Assembly (NCBI GenBank): GCA_033762915.1
Contig: JANRLD010000005.1
Coordinates: 1-64,000 of the forward strand
Source: Meiothermus sp.
GTDB lineage: Bacteria > Deinococcota > Deinococci > Deinococcales > Thermaceae
Direction of reading: 5' to 3'
DNA length: 64,000 nucleotides
Shown here: positions 50,801 to 61,420 of the stretch, piece after piece
Layout: each line of letters starts with the position of its first letter
How positions within the stretch are numbered: position 1 is the stretch's first letter
Program-made: the position numbers and the translations under genes
Notes under the pieces: model-generated
What the model saw: only the letters and a program-made list of their open reading frames with translations
Databases searched by the model: none
What the model was told of the DNA's origin: nothing

Positions 50801-51895
50801 ATGACAGAGCGCGGCAAGCGTTCGGAGATGTGGTTCGCCCTGCTGTTCCTGGCCCCATTTCTGCTCCACCTTGTGATCTTTTTCGTCTTCGCCTTCACCC
50901 GCACCGTCGGCTACAGCTTCACCGACAAGCTGCTCTTGCAGACCTCGTTCAACGTGGTGGGCCTGCAGAACTACCTCCAGCTTTTTAGAGAAGAACTTTT
51001 CCTGCGTGCCCTTTTTAACTCGCTCAGCTTCATGCTGGTAGTTACGGTCATCCAGACCTTTCTGGCCCTGTGCGTAGCCGCCATTCTGAACCAGAGAATC
51101 AGGGGCCTGACCTTTTTCCGCACCGTCTACTACATCCCCAGCGTGCTCTCTTCGGCGGCGGTGACGCTGATCGCGGTGTGGATCTTCCAGAAGACCGGCT
51201 ACCTCAACACCTTCATCGGGACCGTCGGGGCCAATATGCCCCTGATCCTGGCCTTCGCCGGGCTGTTCATTCTGGCTCAGGCCGTTCAGGTTGGCCTCGA
51301 GCGCTCTCGCGGCCTCCCCGCCGCCCCCACCGACCCCGCCCTGGCCACCATCTCGCTGATTGTGGCTATTGTGGGCACCTGGCTGCTCAGCCTGACCGGG
51401 CTGGTGACGGCTCGAGAGGTTCAGCCGCCCGAGTTCACCTGGCTCACCAACCCCGATCGCTTCCTGGGCATCCCCATCCCGCTGTGGAGCATCATCCTGC
51501 TCAACACCTTCACCACCATTCCCAGCCTCATGATCATCTTCCTGGCGGGCCTCCAGGACATCCCCAAGAGCGTCTACGAGGCCGCCTCAATCGACGGCGC
51601 AACCCCCTTGCAGCAGTTCTTCACCGTCACCATCCCGATGCTGCGCCCGGTCACCTTCCTGGTGGTTACGCTCTCGCTCATCGGCACCTTGCAGATGTTC
51701 GACCAGGTGGCCCTGATGGGCAACTCGGCCTCGCTGGAGTCGATTATCACCCTGGCCTACTACGTCTACAACAACGCCCTCACGGGTCAGGGCCAAGTCG
51801 GTCTGGCCTCTGCCGCGGCTGTGATCCTGGCCCTGCTGACCTTCAGCATCGTCTTCCTCCAGCGGGCGCTGGGCATTTCGGACAAGGCCCACTGA
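50801..51895 (+). CDS. Carbohydrate ABC transporter permease
   Basis: FFRTVYYIP and LAGLQDIP..YEAASIDGA. Confidence 0.93.
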   Translation: MTERGKRSEMWFALLFLAPFLLHLVIFFVFAFTRTVGYSFTDKLLLQTSFNVVGLQNYLQLFREELFLRALFNSLSFMLVVTVIQTFLALCVAAILNQRIRGLTFFRTVYYIPSVLSSAAVTLIAVWIFQKTGYLNTFIGTVGANMPLILAFAGLFILAQAVQVGLERSRGLPAAPTDPALATISLIVAIVGTWLLSLTGLVTAREVQPPEFTWLTNPDRFLGIPIPLWSIILLNTFTTIPSLMIIFLAGLQDIPKSVYEAASIDGATPLQQFFTVTIPMLRPVTFLVVTLSLIGTLQMFDQVALMGNSASLESIITLAYYVYNNALTGQGQVGLASAAAVILALLTFSIVFLQRALGISDKAH

Positions 51896-52000
51896 CCGTC
51901 GGGGGGTCGGAGTCGAGAGCCGGCCGTGGACGACCGGCGCCGAAGAGGCAAGGCTCCAGACGCCCGTCCCTCAACTCTTAACGCGACCGAAGGGAGCTAT

Positions 52001-53380
52001 ATGGCTATCGAAACCATGAGACCCAAGCGCCAGGCCGACGAGCGTTACCTGGCGCGGCAGCGGTGGGCCAGGGTGGGGTGGATTTACGGCGCGATGCTGG
52101 CGCTGGGGGTCTTCTTCATCGGGCCGTTCTACGTGGCGATGTTGGCCTCGATGAAGGATAACCCCCTCGAGTGGCCCTTCCGCTTTTCCTTTCCGCAGGT
52201 GCAGGTTAAGAACTGGAGCGCGGCCTGGCGGCTGGGGCAGCTCGGAGCGGGGAACCCCTGGCTGGGCGGCTTCCGGCCCGGTGCGAACGTGCCTTTCGAG
52301 ATAACCTACTTCGTGCCCCAGGGCACCGATCCCACCGTTCCCACTGTGGTGGTGCCGGAGCGCCGCGCAGGGTCGGGGCTGGGCGCGGTTTTCCCCGAGG
52401 AGCAGGCCAGCCGCCACGCCCAGGTCTCGCCGGTCGAGGAGGTCTCGAGGCGGCCCTTTGCCAAGGACGGCCAGCCCGGGCAGTTGGTCACCTACGCGTT
52501 TACTATCACCTACCCGGTGCGGCCGGGCGTCGCGCAGCCCACCACTCCACGCCTGCCGCTGGACATCGAGGCCCCCCGAGGCCAGGCCTACCACAGCGCT
52601 ACACTCGAGCCCAACCGCCTCGAGCGCCGCGGGCGCGTGGCGAGCTGGGACTCTGCCGCGCCGGGCTTGTTCAACTACACCTTCCGCAACTACGTGCGGG
52701 TTTTCAACGAGGCCAGGGACCCCAACACCGGCCAGAGCCTCTTTCTGCGCTGGACCTTTAACACCTTCTTCGTAGCCCTGATGGCAGTGATCGTCAACAT
52801 CATCTTCGCCTCGATGGCGGGCTACGCCCTGGCCCGGATGAACTTCCCCTTCAAGGGCCTGCTTTTCGGGCTGATTGTGCTGCTGCTGGCGGTCCCGCAG
52901 CAGGCGCTATTCATCTCCAACTACCTGGTGCTGCTGCAGCTGGGGCTGCTGGGCACACTGTGGGGCATGATCGCCTGGATCGGCATCGACATGGCCAAGG
53001 TCTTCTTGATGAAGCAGTTCTTCGAGTCGCTGCCCAAGGAACTCGAGGAGGCCGCCCTAATTGACGGTGCCAACCCCGCCACCACCTTTTTCCGGGTCAT
53101 CCTGCCCCTAGCCACGCCCGCCCTGGGCGCCCTCACGATCATGACTTTTCAGGGCATCTGGAACGAGTTTTTCAAGGCCGCTGTGGTGCTCCAAGGTGTG
53201 CAGACCAACTACACCCTCCCCATCGGCCTGTCGTTCTTTCGAAACGCCTACGGGGGCGCGGGCGACTGGGGCCTGATGTTGGCCTCGGCCTTCCTCTCGA
53301 TGATCCCCATCATTATCCTCTTCGCGGTGTTCCAGCGGTACTTTGTCGAAGGCGTGTCCACCAGCGCGGTCAAGGGCTAG
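52001..53380 (+). CDS. Carbohydrate ABC transporter permease with large extracytoplasmic insertion
   Basis: AGYALAR, LEEAALIDGA and FQRYFVEG...AVKG. Confidence 0.92.
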   Translation: MAIETMRPKRQADERYLARQRWARVGWIYGAMLALGVFFIGPFYVAMLASMKDNPLEWPFRFSFPQVQVKNWSAAWRLGQLGAGNPWLGGFRPGANVPFEITYFVPQGTDPTVPTVVVPERRAGSGLGAVFPEEQASRHAQVSPVEEVSRRPFAKDGQPGQLVTYAFTITYPVRPGVAQPTTPRLPLDIEAPRGQAYHSATLEPNRLERRGRVASWDSAAPGLFNYTFRNYVRVFNEARDPNTGQSLFLRWTFNTFFVALMAVIVNIIFASMAGYALARMNFPFKGLLFGLIVLLLAVPQQALFISNYLVLLQLGLLGTLWGMIAWIGIDMAKVFLMKQFFESLPKELEEAALIDGANPATTFFRVILPLATPALGALTIMTFQGIWNEFFKAAVVLQGVQTNYTLPIGLSFFRNAYGGAGDWGLMLASAFLSMIPIIILFAVFQRYFVEGVSTSAVKG

Positions 53381-53798
53381 GGGGTGTGGCTATCGGCGTT
53401 GGTCGATAGGGGCGCCCTCGAGCTCAGGACCCAAAGCTGAAGGCCACCGAAACCAGCCGTGGTCGTCTGGAGTTCGTCCCTTCGATATAAGTGCCTGTGA
53501 CCCCAGATCTGCTGTGGATTTCCCGGCGCTCGGACCGTTCCTTTATCTGCACAGACCCCGGTTTTCTTGCGGCGTAGTAGCGCTTGCGTATCGGAGAATC
53601 TCTCACCGCGTTGTGCACTCGGGGTTAGCATTACCCCGTCGCGTGCCCTTGCCCCGGAGGTTCTTCACGTCGCTCAGGACGGGGGACTTGCAGAGCTGGA
53701 TTGCCGGGCCTGAACCCACAACAGACCCCTTTGGCACGCCTCACCTTTTCAACCCTCGCCTCATCCCTTAGCCTTAACCTCCGGCCAGAGGTTCAGAA

Positions 53799-55703
53799 AT
53801 GTTGCCACTCAAAGAAGACGACACCTACGCAGTGCTTTCCGACCAGGGCATGGCCGACCGCGACGAGCGGGGCTTCTACCGCCACGACACGCGCTACCTT
53901 TCCCGCTACGTCTGGAGCCTGCCGGGGTTCAGTCTCTTGGTCTCCGAGACGCCGCGCCCCGACCGGCTGGTGCAGCACTGGAGCCTGATCATTGGTCCCG
54001 ACCAGTTGGTGGGGTTCCGGCGCGAGTTGCAGCTCGAGCGCGGCGGCTTCGCGGAGCGGCTCGAACTGGAGAACACCTCGCTCAAAACCCAGACCGTCGA
54101 ACTCGAGCTCGAGGCCGTGGCCGACTTCGCCGACCTCTTCGAGGCCAAGGGCTGGCACAAGGTCACCCGCAAGATCAGCGGCTTCGAGTACACCGCCGAT
54201 GACGGGCTGAAGGTGGCGACCCGCCTGATTTTGAACCCGCCCCCGCCGCCCCCGGCCCAGGACCTCGTCAGGGAGGCCTCGACGCGCCCCGAGGGGGGCG
54301 AGGTCTTTAAGTGGAAGTTTGAACTGGCCTCCAAGCAGAAGGTCGGCTTGAGTGTGGTGGGCCGCTTCGAGAGCCCCTTCGAACCGGGTACGCCGCCGCT
54401 GCCCAGCTATGAGGAGTGGAGGGCACGCTTCCCGATGCACCTCGAGAGCGGGCGCAGCCAGCGGGTGCTCGAGCAGGCCGTCACCGACTTGCGGGCGCTG
54501 CTGTTTGCCCTGCCCGAGGGGTTGTTTCCCAGTGCGGGGATCCCCTGGTACGTCTGCCCCTTTGGGCGCGACTCGCTCATCACCTCGTACATGATGCAGC
54601 CCTGGGCCCCCGACGTGACCAGGGGCGTGCTGACCTATCTGGCCAAGTACCAGGGCAAGGAGACCAACAGCTTTCTCGACGAGACCCCCGGCAAGATCAT
54701 CCACGAGATGCGGGTGGGCGAGCTCTCGCGCACCGGCAAGGTGCCCTTCACCCGCTACTACGGCACCGTGGACGCGACCTCGCTTTTCGTGATCCTGCTG
54801 CACCGCTACTGGCAAGACTCGGGCGACCTCGAGTTCGTCCGCCGGCTAAGGCCCAATTGGGAGGCGGCGCTCGAGTGGATGACCAGCTATGCCGACCCCG
54901 ACGGCGACGGCCTGATCGAGTACGCCCCCAACCGGGACAAGGGCCACGTGGTGCAAAGCTGGAAGGATTCCCACGACTCGCAGAGCCATAAGGACGGCTC
55001 GCTGGCCCAGGGAGCGATCGCGGTCTGCGAGGTGCAGGGCTACGGCTATATGGCCTACCGGGCCGGGGCGGATTTCTACCGCGCCCTGGGGGACCAAGCC
55101 AGGGCCGAACGTTGGGACGCCAGCGCCGAGCAGATCAAGCAAACCTTCCACGACAAGTTTTGGCTGAGCGAGCAGAACATCTATGCAGCAGGTCTGGACG
55201 GCGAGAAGCGGCCCATGGCCACGCTCACCTCCAACCCCGGCCACCTGCTATGGAGCGGCATCGTGCCCGAGGAGTTCGCGCCCAAGCTGGTCGAGACCAT
55301 GTTCGGCTCGGAGCTCTGGAGCGGCTGGGGCGTGCGGACCCTGGGTAGTGGCGAGGTGCGCTACAACCCGCTCAGCTACCACAACGGCTCGGTCTGGCCG
55401 CACGACAACGCCCTGTTCATCGGGGGGCTGGTGCGCTACGGCTTCTACGACCACGCGCTGAAGGCCGCCGAGGCCCTGTTCCGCCTGGCCATGAGCCAGC
55501 ACGACTGGCGACTGCCCGAGCTGGTGGGTGGCTACATCAAGCAGGGCGGCGAGCCCCCGGTGCCCTACCCCGCCTCTTGCCGCCCCCAGGCCTGGGATGC
55601 TGCGGCGGTGGTGTACATGCTGCGCCTGTTGAAGGAGATCTCGGCCAAGCGCGAGGTGACGGGGCTGCTCGAGCTGAGCCGTGGGGCGGCGGCGCTGGTC
55701 TGA
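53799..55703 (+). CDS. Amylo-alpha-1,6-glucosidase / glycogen debranching family glycoside hydrolase
   Basis: DTRYLS, AGIPWY..FGRDS, PGKIIHE, YYGTVDAT, WKDS, YHNGSVWPHDN and PQAW. Confidence 0.88.
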   Translation: MLPLKEDDTYAVLSDQGMADRDERGFYRHDTRYLSRYVWSLPGFSLLVSETPRPDRLVQHWSLIIGPDQLVGFRRELQLERGGFAERLELENTSLKTQTVELELEAVADFADLFEAKGWHKVTRKISGFEYTADDGLKVATRLILNPPPPPPAQDLVREASTRPEGGEVFKWKFELASKQKVGLSVVGRFESPFEPGTPPLPSYEEWRARFPMHLESGRSQRVLEQAVTDLRALLFALPEGLFPSAGIPWYVCPFGRDSLITSYMMQPWAPDVTRGVLTYLAKYQGKETNSFLDETPGKIIHEMRVGELSRTGKVPFTRYYGTVDATSLFVILLHRYWQDSGDLEFVRRLRPNWEAALEWMTSYADPDGDGLIEYAPNRDKGHVVQSWKDSHDSQSHKDGSLAQGAIAVCEVQGYGYMAYRAGADFYRALGDQARAERWDASAEQIKQTFHDKFWLSEQNIYAAGLDGEKRPMATLTSNPGHLLWSGIVPEEFAPKLVETMFGSELWSGWGVRTLGSGEVRYNPLSYHNGSVWPHDNALFIGGLVRYGFYDHALKAAEALFRLAMSQHDWRLPELVGGYIKQGGEPPVPYPASCRPQAWDAAAVVYMLRLLKEISAKREVTGLLELSRGAAALV

Positions 55704-55827
55704 TCGCGCGGAACCCTGATGTGGGGGCGAAGCACAGGCTGTAAAATCCTCGAGTGCAAGCCCCTGGTTCCCCACCCCACCTTTCGCGCCTGAGCCTTTA
55801 CTCCCCGCGCCGCCCACTTCCGGTCCT

Positions 55828-56457
55828 ATGATCCGCGGTCGCTACAGCCTGGTGGTGGCCCTGCCCAAGGGGCGCAATTTCGGCGACGGATACGAGGCGC
55901 TCACGCGGGCGGGCCTCGAGCTGCCCCCCTTCGGCGGCGAGCGGGTCTTGCTGCACGGCGAGGAGGGCAAGGTCGCCATCCTCGAGCTTCGCAACCACGA
56001 CGTGCCCACCTATGTGGATCTGGGCATCGCCGACGTGGGGGTGGTGGGCAAGGACGTCCTGCTGGAGTCGGGCCGTGACGTGTACGAGCCGGTGGACCTG
56101 GGCACCGGCCCCTGCCGCCTCTCGCTGATCCGTATGCCCGGCGACACCGGCCCCGTTCGGAGGGTGGCCACCAAGTACGTCAACTTCACCAGCCGGGTCT
56201 TCCGCGAGCGCGGCCTCAGCGCCGACGTGATCGAGCTGTCGGGCAACGTCGAGTTGGCCCCCATCACCGGCCTGGCCGACGCAATCGTGGACCTGGTTTC
56301 AACGGGCGCGACCATCCGGGCCAACGGGCTCGAGGAGACCGAGGTGCTGGCCCACTCCACCGCCCGATTCATCGTCAACCGCCAGTCGCTCAAGCTGAAA
56401 CGCGAGCTGTTGCGGCCCCTGATCGCGCGGCTGCGTGCTCAGGGGAGGGCAGGGTGA
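55828..56457 (+). CDS. hisG: ATP phosphoribosyltransferase (short form)
   Basis: [29 protein letters not shown] and [11 protein letters not shown]. Confidence 0.95.
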   Translation: MIRGRYSLVVALPKGRNFGDGYEALTRAGLELPPFGGERVLLHGEEGKVAILELRNHDVPTYVDLGIADVGVVGKDVLLESGRDVYEPVDLGTGPCRLSLIRMPGDTGPVRRVATKYVNFTSRVFRERGLSADVIELSGNVELAPITGLADAIVDLVSTGATIRANGLEETEVLAHSTARFIVNRQSLKLKRELLRPLIARLRAQGRAG

Positions 56458-56631
56458 GGTAAGACTGCAGGCGAGTGGCGGTTAGCCGTTGGTCATTGGC
56501 AACCCCCACAAGTGTTTCTGCCCCATCCCCTGACCCAGGGCCTGGTGGGTCTTGGCCAGCTCCCCGAACCGGGTGACTGCGGGCTGCGGGCCTGTCCCCC
56601 GCCTTCTCCCGATGCCGTACAATCAGGCGCT

Positions 56632-57639
56632 ATGGCATACCGCAAACTGGGCAAGAGCGGCCTGATGGTCTATCCGATCGCGTTGGGCACCATGCAGTTC
56701 GGCTGGAGCGCCGACGAGCAGACCTCCTTCGAGGTGATGGACGCCTTCGTTGCTGCGGGTGGGAACCTGATCGACACCGCCGACATCTACACCACCTGGA
56801 CGCCCGGCAACCCCGGAGGGGTCTCGGAGGAGATCATCGGGCGCTGGATCAAGAGCCGGGGCAACCGTGACCGGGTGGTGGTGGCCACTAAGGTGCGCGG
56901 GGCGATGGGGGAGAATGGTTCCGAGGGGCGCGGCTCGGTGCATCAGCGCGAGGGCCTGTCGCGCAAGTGGATCCTGAAGGCCGCCGAGGACTCGTTGCGC
57001 CGCCTCCAGGTGGACTACATAGACCTCTACCAGGTCCACTGGCCCGACAACCAAACGCCCATCGAGGAGACCCTCTCGGCCCTGACCGAGCTGGTGCGCA
57101 AGGGCTATGTGCGCTACATCGGCTGCTCCAACTTTTCGGCCTGGCGGCTGATGCAAGCCCTGTGGGCTTCGGACAAGCACGGCCTCGAGAGTTTTGTCTC
57201 GGTCCAGCCTGAGTACAGCCTGACCGTCCCCACCCGCCCCAACTTCGAGCGCGAGATCGCCCGGGTTTGCGAGACGTACGGCTTGGGCATCATCCCCTAC
57301 AGCCCGCTGGCGGCGGGCTTCTTGACCGGCAAGTACAAGCAGGGCCAGGCCCTGCCCGAGAGCGTGCGGGCGCAAGGCGTGGCGGGCCGCTTCGGCGAAC
57401 AGAACTGGCAGATTTTGAACAAGGTGCTGGAGATCGCCGGGCACCGCCACCCCGCCCAGATCGCCTTGGCCTGGCTGCTCTCGAGGCCCATGATGGCCGC
57501 CCCCATCGTGGGGGCCAACAGCGTGGGCCAGTTGCGCGACCTAATGCCGGCGGCGGAGGTCGCCCTCACGGCGGACGAGGTGAGGGCGTTGGACGAGGCC
57601 TCGAGTTGGTCCCTGTCGCGCACCGAGCGAGAAATCTGA
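56632..57639 (+). CDS. Aldo/keto reductase
   Basis: [32 protein letters not shown] and YSPLAAG; TACAAT shortly upstream of the ATG. Confidence 0.93.
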   Translation: MAYRKLGKSGLMVYPIALGTMQFGWSADEQTSFEVMDAFVAAGGNLIDTADIYTTWTPGNPGGVSEEIIGRWIKSRGNRDRVVVATKVRGAMGENGSEGRGSVHQREGLSRKWILKAAEDSLRRLQVDYIDLYQVHWPDNQTPIEETLSALTELVRKGYVRYIGCSNFSAWRLMQALWASDKHGLESFVSVQPEYSLTVPTRPNFEREIARVCETYGLGIIPYSPLAAGFLTGKYKQGQALPESVRAQGVAGRFGEQNWQILNKVLEIAGHRHPAQIALAWLLSRPMMAAPIVGANSVGQLRDLMPAAEVALTADEVRALDEASSWSLSRTEREI

Positions 57640-57727
57640 CCGCGGCGCTCGGCCGTCTGGCCGCCCGAAGGGTGCGCCGGTCGGGCCGAAGGCTGACGGC
57701 GAACGGCAGTCAAGGATAGACTAGGGT

Positions 57728-58699
57728 GTGCCTTCCGATCTCACCGCCGCCGAATTTGAGGTGATCTCCCGCTGGGAGGTGGGCGAAGTGCTCTCGGCCC
57801 GCGTCTCCGGGCAGGGGGCGGTCAACCACACGGTACTGCTGGAGGCCGAGCACGGGGCCTACGCGCTGCGCGCCTACCGCCCGGACAAGCGCCGCGAGGA
57901 GGTCGAGCTCGAGCACCGCATGATCTTCCACGCCTGGATGAAGGGCATCTGCGCGGTGCCCCCGCTGGCGCTGCCGGAAGGCGGGACCTACCTCGAGCAC
58001 CAGGGCCGCTTCTACGCCCTGTTTGCCAAGGCCCCGGGGTTCCAGGTAGCCCGCGACGCCCTGACCGCCGAGCATATGACCCTGATGGGGCAATTCCTGG
58101 CCCGGCTTAACCTGGCCCTGGCCGACTTCCCCACCGAGGGTCTGTACCGCCGCAGCTTCGACACGACCGTCTCGGATACCCTGACGCGCATCGCCCGCCT
58201 CGAGGCGAAAATTGGGAAGTGGCCCAAGCCGGGGTTCCTCGAGGACTCTGCCATGATGTGCCTCGACCAGCAGCGCGACTACCTGCGGCGCAATTCCCGT
58301 GCCTTCGACCTGGGGGGGATCACCTTCCAGGCCACCCACGGCGACTTCCACGAGGGCAACCTCTTTTTCGAGGGCGAACAGATCGTGGCCCTGATTGACT
58401 GGGATCAGGTGCGGGCGGGGGCCAGGGCTTGGGACGCCATCCGCTACGCCAGCTTCCTGACCATAGATCGCCCTCCGGGCCTGATAAGGGTCTTCCTGCG
58501 GGCCTTCGTCGAGGACGCCGGCCTGGCCCCCGGCGAGTTCGAGCGCACCGTGCGGCTGTTCGCCGCGTACCACGCCCACGACCTCTGGGCCTTGGAGGCC
58601 TACTACCTCGAGGGCAACCCCCAGGCCAAGTTCTTCATCAGCCCCATCTTCGTGCCCTTCGAAGAGCGCTGGGCGGGGATCGGGTTCAGGGGTGGGTGA
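57728..58699 (+). CDS. APH / type II homoserine kinase-like phosphotransferase
   Basis: HGDFHEGN and LIDWD kinase motifs. Confidence 0.85.
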   Translation: MPSDLTAAEFEVISRWEVGEVLSARVSGQGAVNHTVLLEAEHGAYALRAYRPDKRREEVELEHRMIFHAWMKGICAVPPLALPEGGTYLEHQGRFYALFAKAPGFQVARDALTAEHMTLMGQFLARLNLALADFPTEGLYRRSFDTTVSDTLTRIARLEAKIGKWPKPGFLEDSAMMCLDQQRDYLRRNSRAFDLGGITFQATHGDFHEGNLFFEGEQIVALIDWDQVRAGARAWDAIRYASFLTIDRPPGLIRVFLRAFVEDAGLAPGEFERTVRLFAAYHAHDLWALEAYYLEGNPQAKFFISPIFVPFEERWAGIGFRGG

Positions 58700-59544
58700 T
58701 GCGCGGGGGCAAGGGGAAGAGGGGAGAGGGGCAGGGGGGAAACGCCGCCCTGGGCGGTAGCAAACGTAGGGCCGCGCACAGCGGGAGCCTTGGTTCGTTG
58801 GAAGGGGGAGCAGAGGGGGGGAAACCCCGAACCGGTGCCGCCAAGTCCTCCGCCCCGAGGCCAAAAGCCTTAACCAAGCCCCAGGTGAGGAGCACGAAGC
58901 GAGAGTCGCTGAAGACCAAGAGGGCTCGAGCCGCTGTGGTCCTGGAGGTCATGCAGCGGCTTTACCCGGAGGCGGTGACAGAGCTGAACTTCACCAACCC
59001 ATTCGAGCTGCTGGTGGCGACGGTGCTCTCGGCGCAGGCCACCGACGCCTCGGTGAACAAGGCCACGCCCGCGCTGTTCGCCAGGTATCCCACCGCCCTT
59101 GCGATGGCACAGGCCACGCCCGAGGAGGTCGAGCCCTTTGTAAAGACTATCGGGCTGTACCGCGGCAAGGCCCGCAACATCGTAGCGCTCTCGAGGCTGC
59201 TGGTCGAGAAGTACGACGGGCAGGTACCGGTGGACATCGCCAGGCTGCGCGAACTGCCCGGCGTGGGCTGGAAGACCGCCACGGTGGTGCTGGGTGCGGC
59301 CTTTGGGGTGCCGGGGATCGCGGTAGACACCCACCTGATGCGGCTGGCCTCGAGGCTGGCCTTCTCCGAGGAGCGCGACCCCGAGAAGATCGGGGCCGAC
59401 TATCAGAAGTTGTTTCCTAGAGAGCGGTGGGTTTTTGTGCACCACGCCCTGATTCTGTTCGGGCGGTATCGTTGCGTGGCCCGCAAGCCGCTGTGCGAGG
59501 GCTGCGAGCTGTGGCAGGTGTGCGCGAGCCGCGGGGCGTGGTAG
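58699..59544 (+). CDS. nth: Endonuclease III
   Basis: LLVATVLSAQATD, LPGVGWKTA, AVDTH and C-X6-C-X2-C-X5-C; ATG overlaps the upstream TGA. Start uncertain. Confidence 0.92.
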   Translation: MRGGKGKRGEGQGGNAALGGSKRRAAHSGSLGSLEGGAEGGKPRTGAAKSSAPRPKALTKPQVRSTKRESLKTKRARAAVVLEVMQRLYPEAVTELNFTNPFELLVATVLSAQATDASVNKATPALFARYPTALAMAQATPEEVEPFVKTIGLYRGKARNIVALSRLLVEKYDGQVPVDIARLRELPGVGWKTATVVLGAAFGVPGIAVDTHLMRLASRLAFSEERDPEKIGADYQKLFPRERWVFVHHALILFGRYRCVARKPLCEGCELWQVCASRGAW

Positions 59545-59666
59545 CAGGGCAGAGCGTGGGAAGACGGGCGGAAGCGATTTTGTGCGGGATGTGTAGGGTG
59601 GCGGGAACCGCTGTGACAAAGCGAAACGGCCCCCTCCAATTGAGAGGGGGCCGGGGAGAGTGGGCT

Positions 59667-59772
59667 TATCGCGTTTCCCTCCATTACCTGCCTCGCGGCG
59701 GCAAGTAATGTACTCCCTACAGCAAGAACCGCCCGCTTTAGCGTCGTAGGGAGTATGCGTGGGAACCGCTCT
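59667..59772 (+). mobile_element. MITE family A copy 4
   Basis: TATCGCGTTTCCC...GGAGTATGCGTGGGAACCGCTCT, abutting the DOMON gene stop. Confidence 0.75.
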
Positions 59773-60335
59773 TAGAACGCGAAGTCTTCGATGTACCAGC
59801 GCTCGCTCTTCTTGTGCTCCTCTTTGAGAGACATCTCGGGGCCCTCGGCCAGCATCAAGAAGAACTTCTTGCCTGCAGAGATGTCCATATCGGTGCTGTC
59901 ACCGGTCTTGAGCTTGCGCGAGAACTCGACCGTCCAGACCTTGCCCGCGTAGGTTCCGGCGGACTGGAGGATGGAGTTTTTTCCGCCCTCATCGGCGTCC
60001 TCAGCGGGCCTCCCGGTGCGCTTGACCTGGATCATGTCCATGGCGGTGAACTTGCCGCCGTCCATCGTGAAGATGTAGGAGTCGGCTCCCATTTTCTTAT
60101 CGTCCTTCTCGGCCAGCATTGCCACGCCGATCCAGCCGGGGCTCTCGACCTGCAGCGCGATGTAGATGGTATCGCCAACGATGCTCCAGGAAATGGTCAT
60201 GCCCGACTTGTCGTGCTTGAGGGTCTTGGCGTACTCGCCCGCCGTCACCTTGCCGTCGATGGTGGCGGCCCTTTGGGCCAACCCCATCCCTAGCACTAGA
60301 GCCATCCCTGCCATCAGCCAGACTTGCTTTTTCAT
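59772..60335 (-). CDS. Exported DOMON-domain protein
   Basis: Signal peptide, IDG.V..GEY, GWIGVA...KMGAD, VEFSRKL.TGD..D and a C-terminal His. Confidence 0.75.
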   Translation of the reverse strand: MKKQVWLMAGMALVLGMGLAQRAATIDGKVTAGEYAKTLKHDKSGMTISWSIVGDTIYIALQVESPGWIGVAMLAEKDDKKMGADSYIFTMDGGKFTAMDMIQVKRTGRPAEDADEGGKNSILQSAGTYAGKVWTVEFSRKLKTGDSTDMDISAGKKFFLMLAEGPEMSLKEEHKKSERWYIEDFAF

Positions 60336-60346
60336 ATGGGACCTCC

Positions 60347-60793
60347 CTATTTGTCGTTGATGGTCAGCCCGACGATCAGGCCGACCGCGCCGATGTGGGT
60401 GTGGGCCAGCGCCGCCAAAACTGGCCTGGCCCCGTCGAAAGCCTCCCTAAACCCGCTCAGGCTCCAGATGGTTACCTCGGCGTCCTGGGCGTTCCATTGC
60501 AAGTGAAAGAACGCCCCCATCATCCCCGCCAGAAGCGAGACCCCCATCCACAGCAGGAAGGGGTATCGCACCAGCGGGCCACGGTGCAGGAACATCGCGG
60601 CGGTGAGGGGGAAGCCGACGAGCGAGAGGAAGAGGGGAATCTTGGACTGCCACGACTCGAGGTAGTGCTTGAGCACCCAGTGCTCTAATCCGTAGAACAC
60701 GAAACCCACCGCACACAGCAGCAGGAAGCTCGAGCGCACCAACTCCAACAGCCGATCTTGTTCGTCTTTAGCTCTGATCAAGGCTTCAATCAC
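60347..60793 (-). CDS. Hypothetical 4-TM membrane protein (paralog B)
   Basis: AGGAG RBS with GTG start; LE...L.HY, G.FFH..WN and RPVLAALA.TH.G shared with paralog A. Confidence 0.75.
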   Translation of the reverse strand: MIEALIRAKDEQDRLLELVRSSFLLLCAVGFVFYGLEHWVLKHYLESWQSKIPLFLSLVGFPLTAAMFLHRGPLVRYPFLLWMGVSLLAGMMGAFFHLQWNAQDAEVTIWSLSGFREAFDGARPVLAALAHTHIGAVGLIVGLTINDK

Positions 60794-60803
60794 GGCGTTT
60801 CTC

Positions 60804-61241
60804 CTAGTTGGCCCGGTAGACCGAGAGCAATCCGGTGATGCCCATGTGGGTGAAGGCCAGCGCCGCCAGCACAGGCCGGGCACCCGCCACGGCTTCCATG
60901 GCCTTGTCGAACTCCCAGCTCACCTCGTCGTCGAAGTTCCAGACGATGTGGAAGTAGGCCCCGAACGCACCAACGAAAACCGATACCCACATGGTGGTGA
61001 TGAAGAAGATGCGAATCCAGGGGGTCTTGCGGTCGAGGATGATCAGGGCGGTGGAGATCACCCCCGGCACTGCCAGCAGGAAGGGCAGCCAGGACTGCCA
61101 GCTCTTGGCCCAGTGCCCAAGAATCAGCAGCTCGAGGGGGTACATCACCCAGCCCACCAGTACCAGCAGCAGCATGAACAGGCGGATGAACTCGAGGGCG
61201 CGGGTGGTGGGGTCGGGGGCGTTGGTGAAGGCTTTGATCAT
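60804..61241 (-). CDS. Hypothetical 4-TM membrane protein (paralog A)
   Basis: GGAGG RBS; LELLILGHW, GAYFHIVWN and RPVLAALAFTHMG. Confidence 0.8.
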   Translation of the reverse strand: MIKAFTNAPDPTTRALEFIRLFMLLLVLVGWVMYPLELLILGHWAKSWQSWLPFLLAVPGVISTALIILDRKTPWIRIFFITTMWVSVFVGAFGAYFHIVWNFDDEVSWEFDKAMEAVAGARPVLAALAFTHMGITGLLSVYRAN

Positions 61242-61420
61242 GCAGCAACCTCCAGGGGTGAACACCTAAAGTGCTTTGTAGGTTAGATTAGTCACAATTG
61301 AGCGGGACTTGTGTCCTTGGGAAAGCTGTCCTGTTCGGGAAAAACGGAACTCCTGGCGGCGAAACAAAGGCCCTGCCGAGCGCACGTCTCAGCAGGGCAC
61401 TGCGGGGGCGGAATTGTGAG

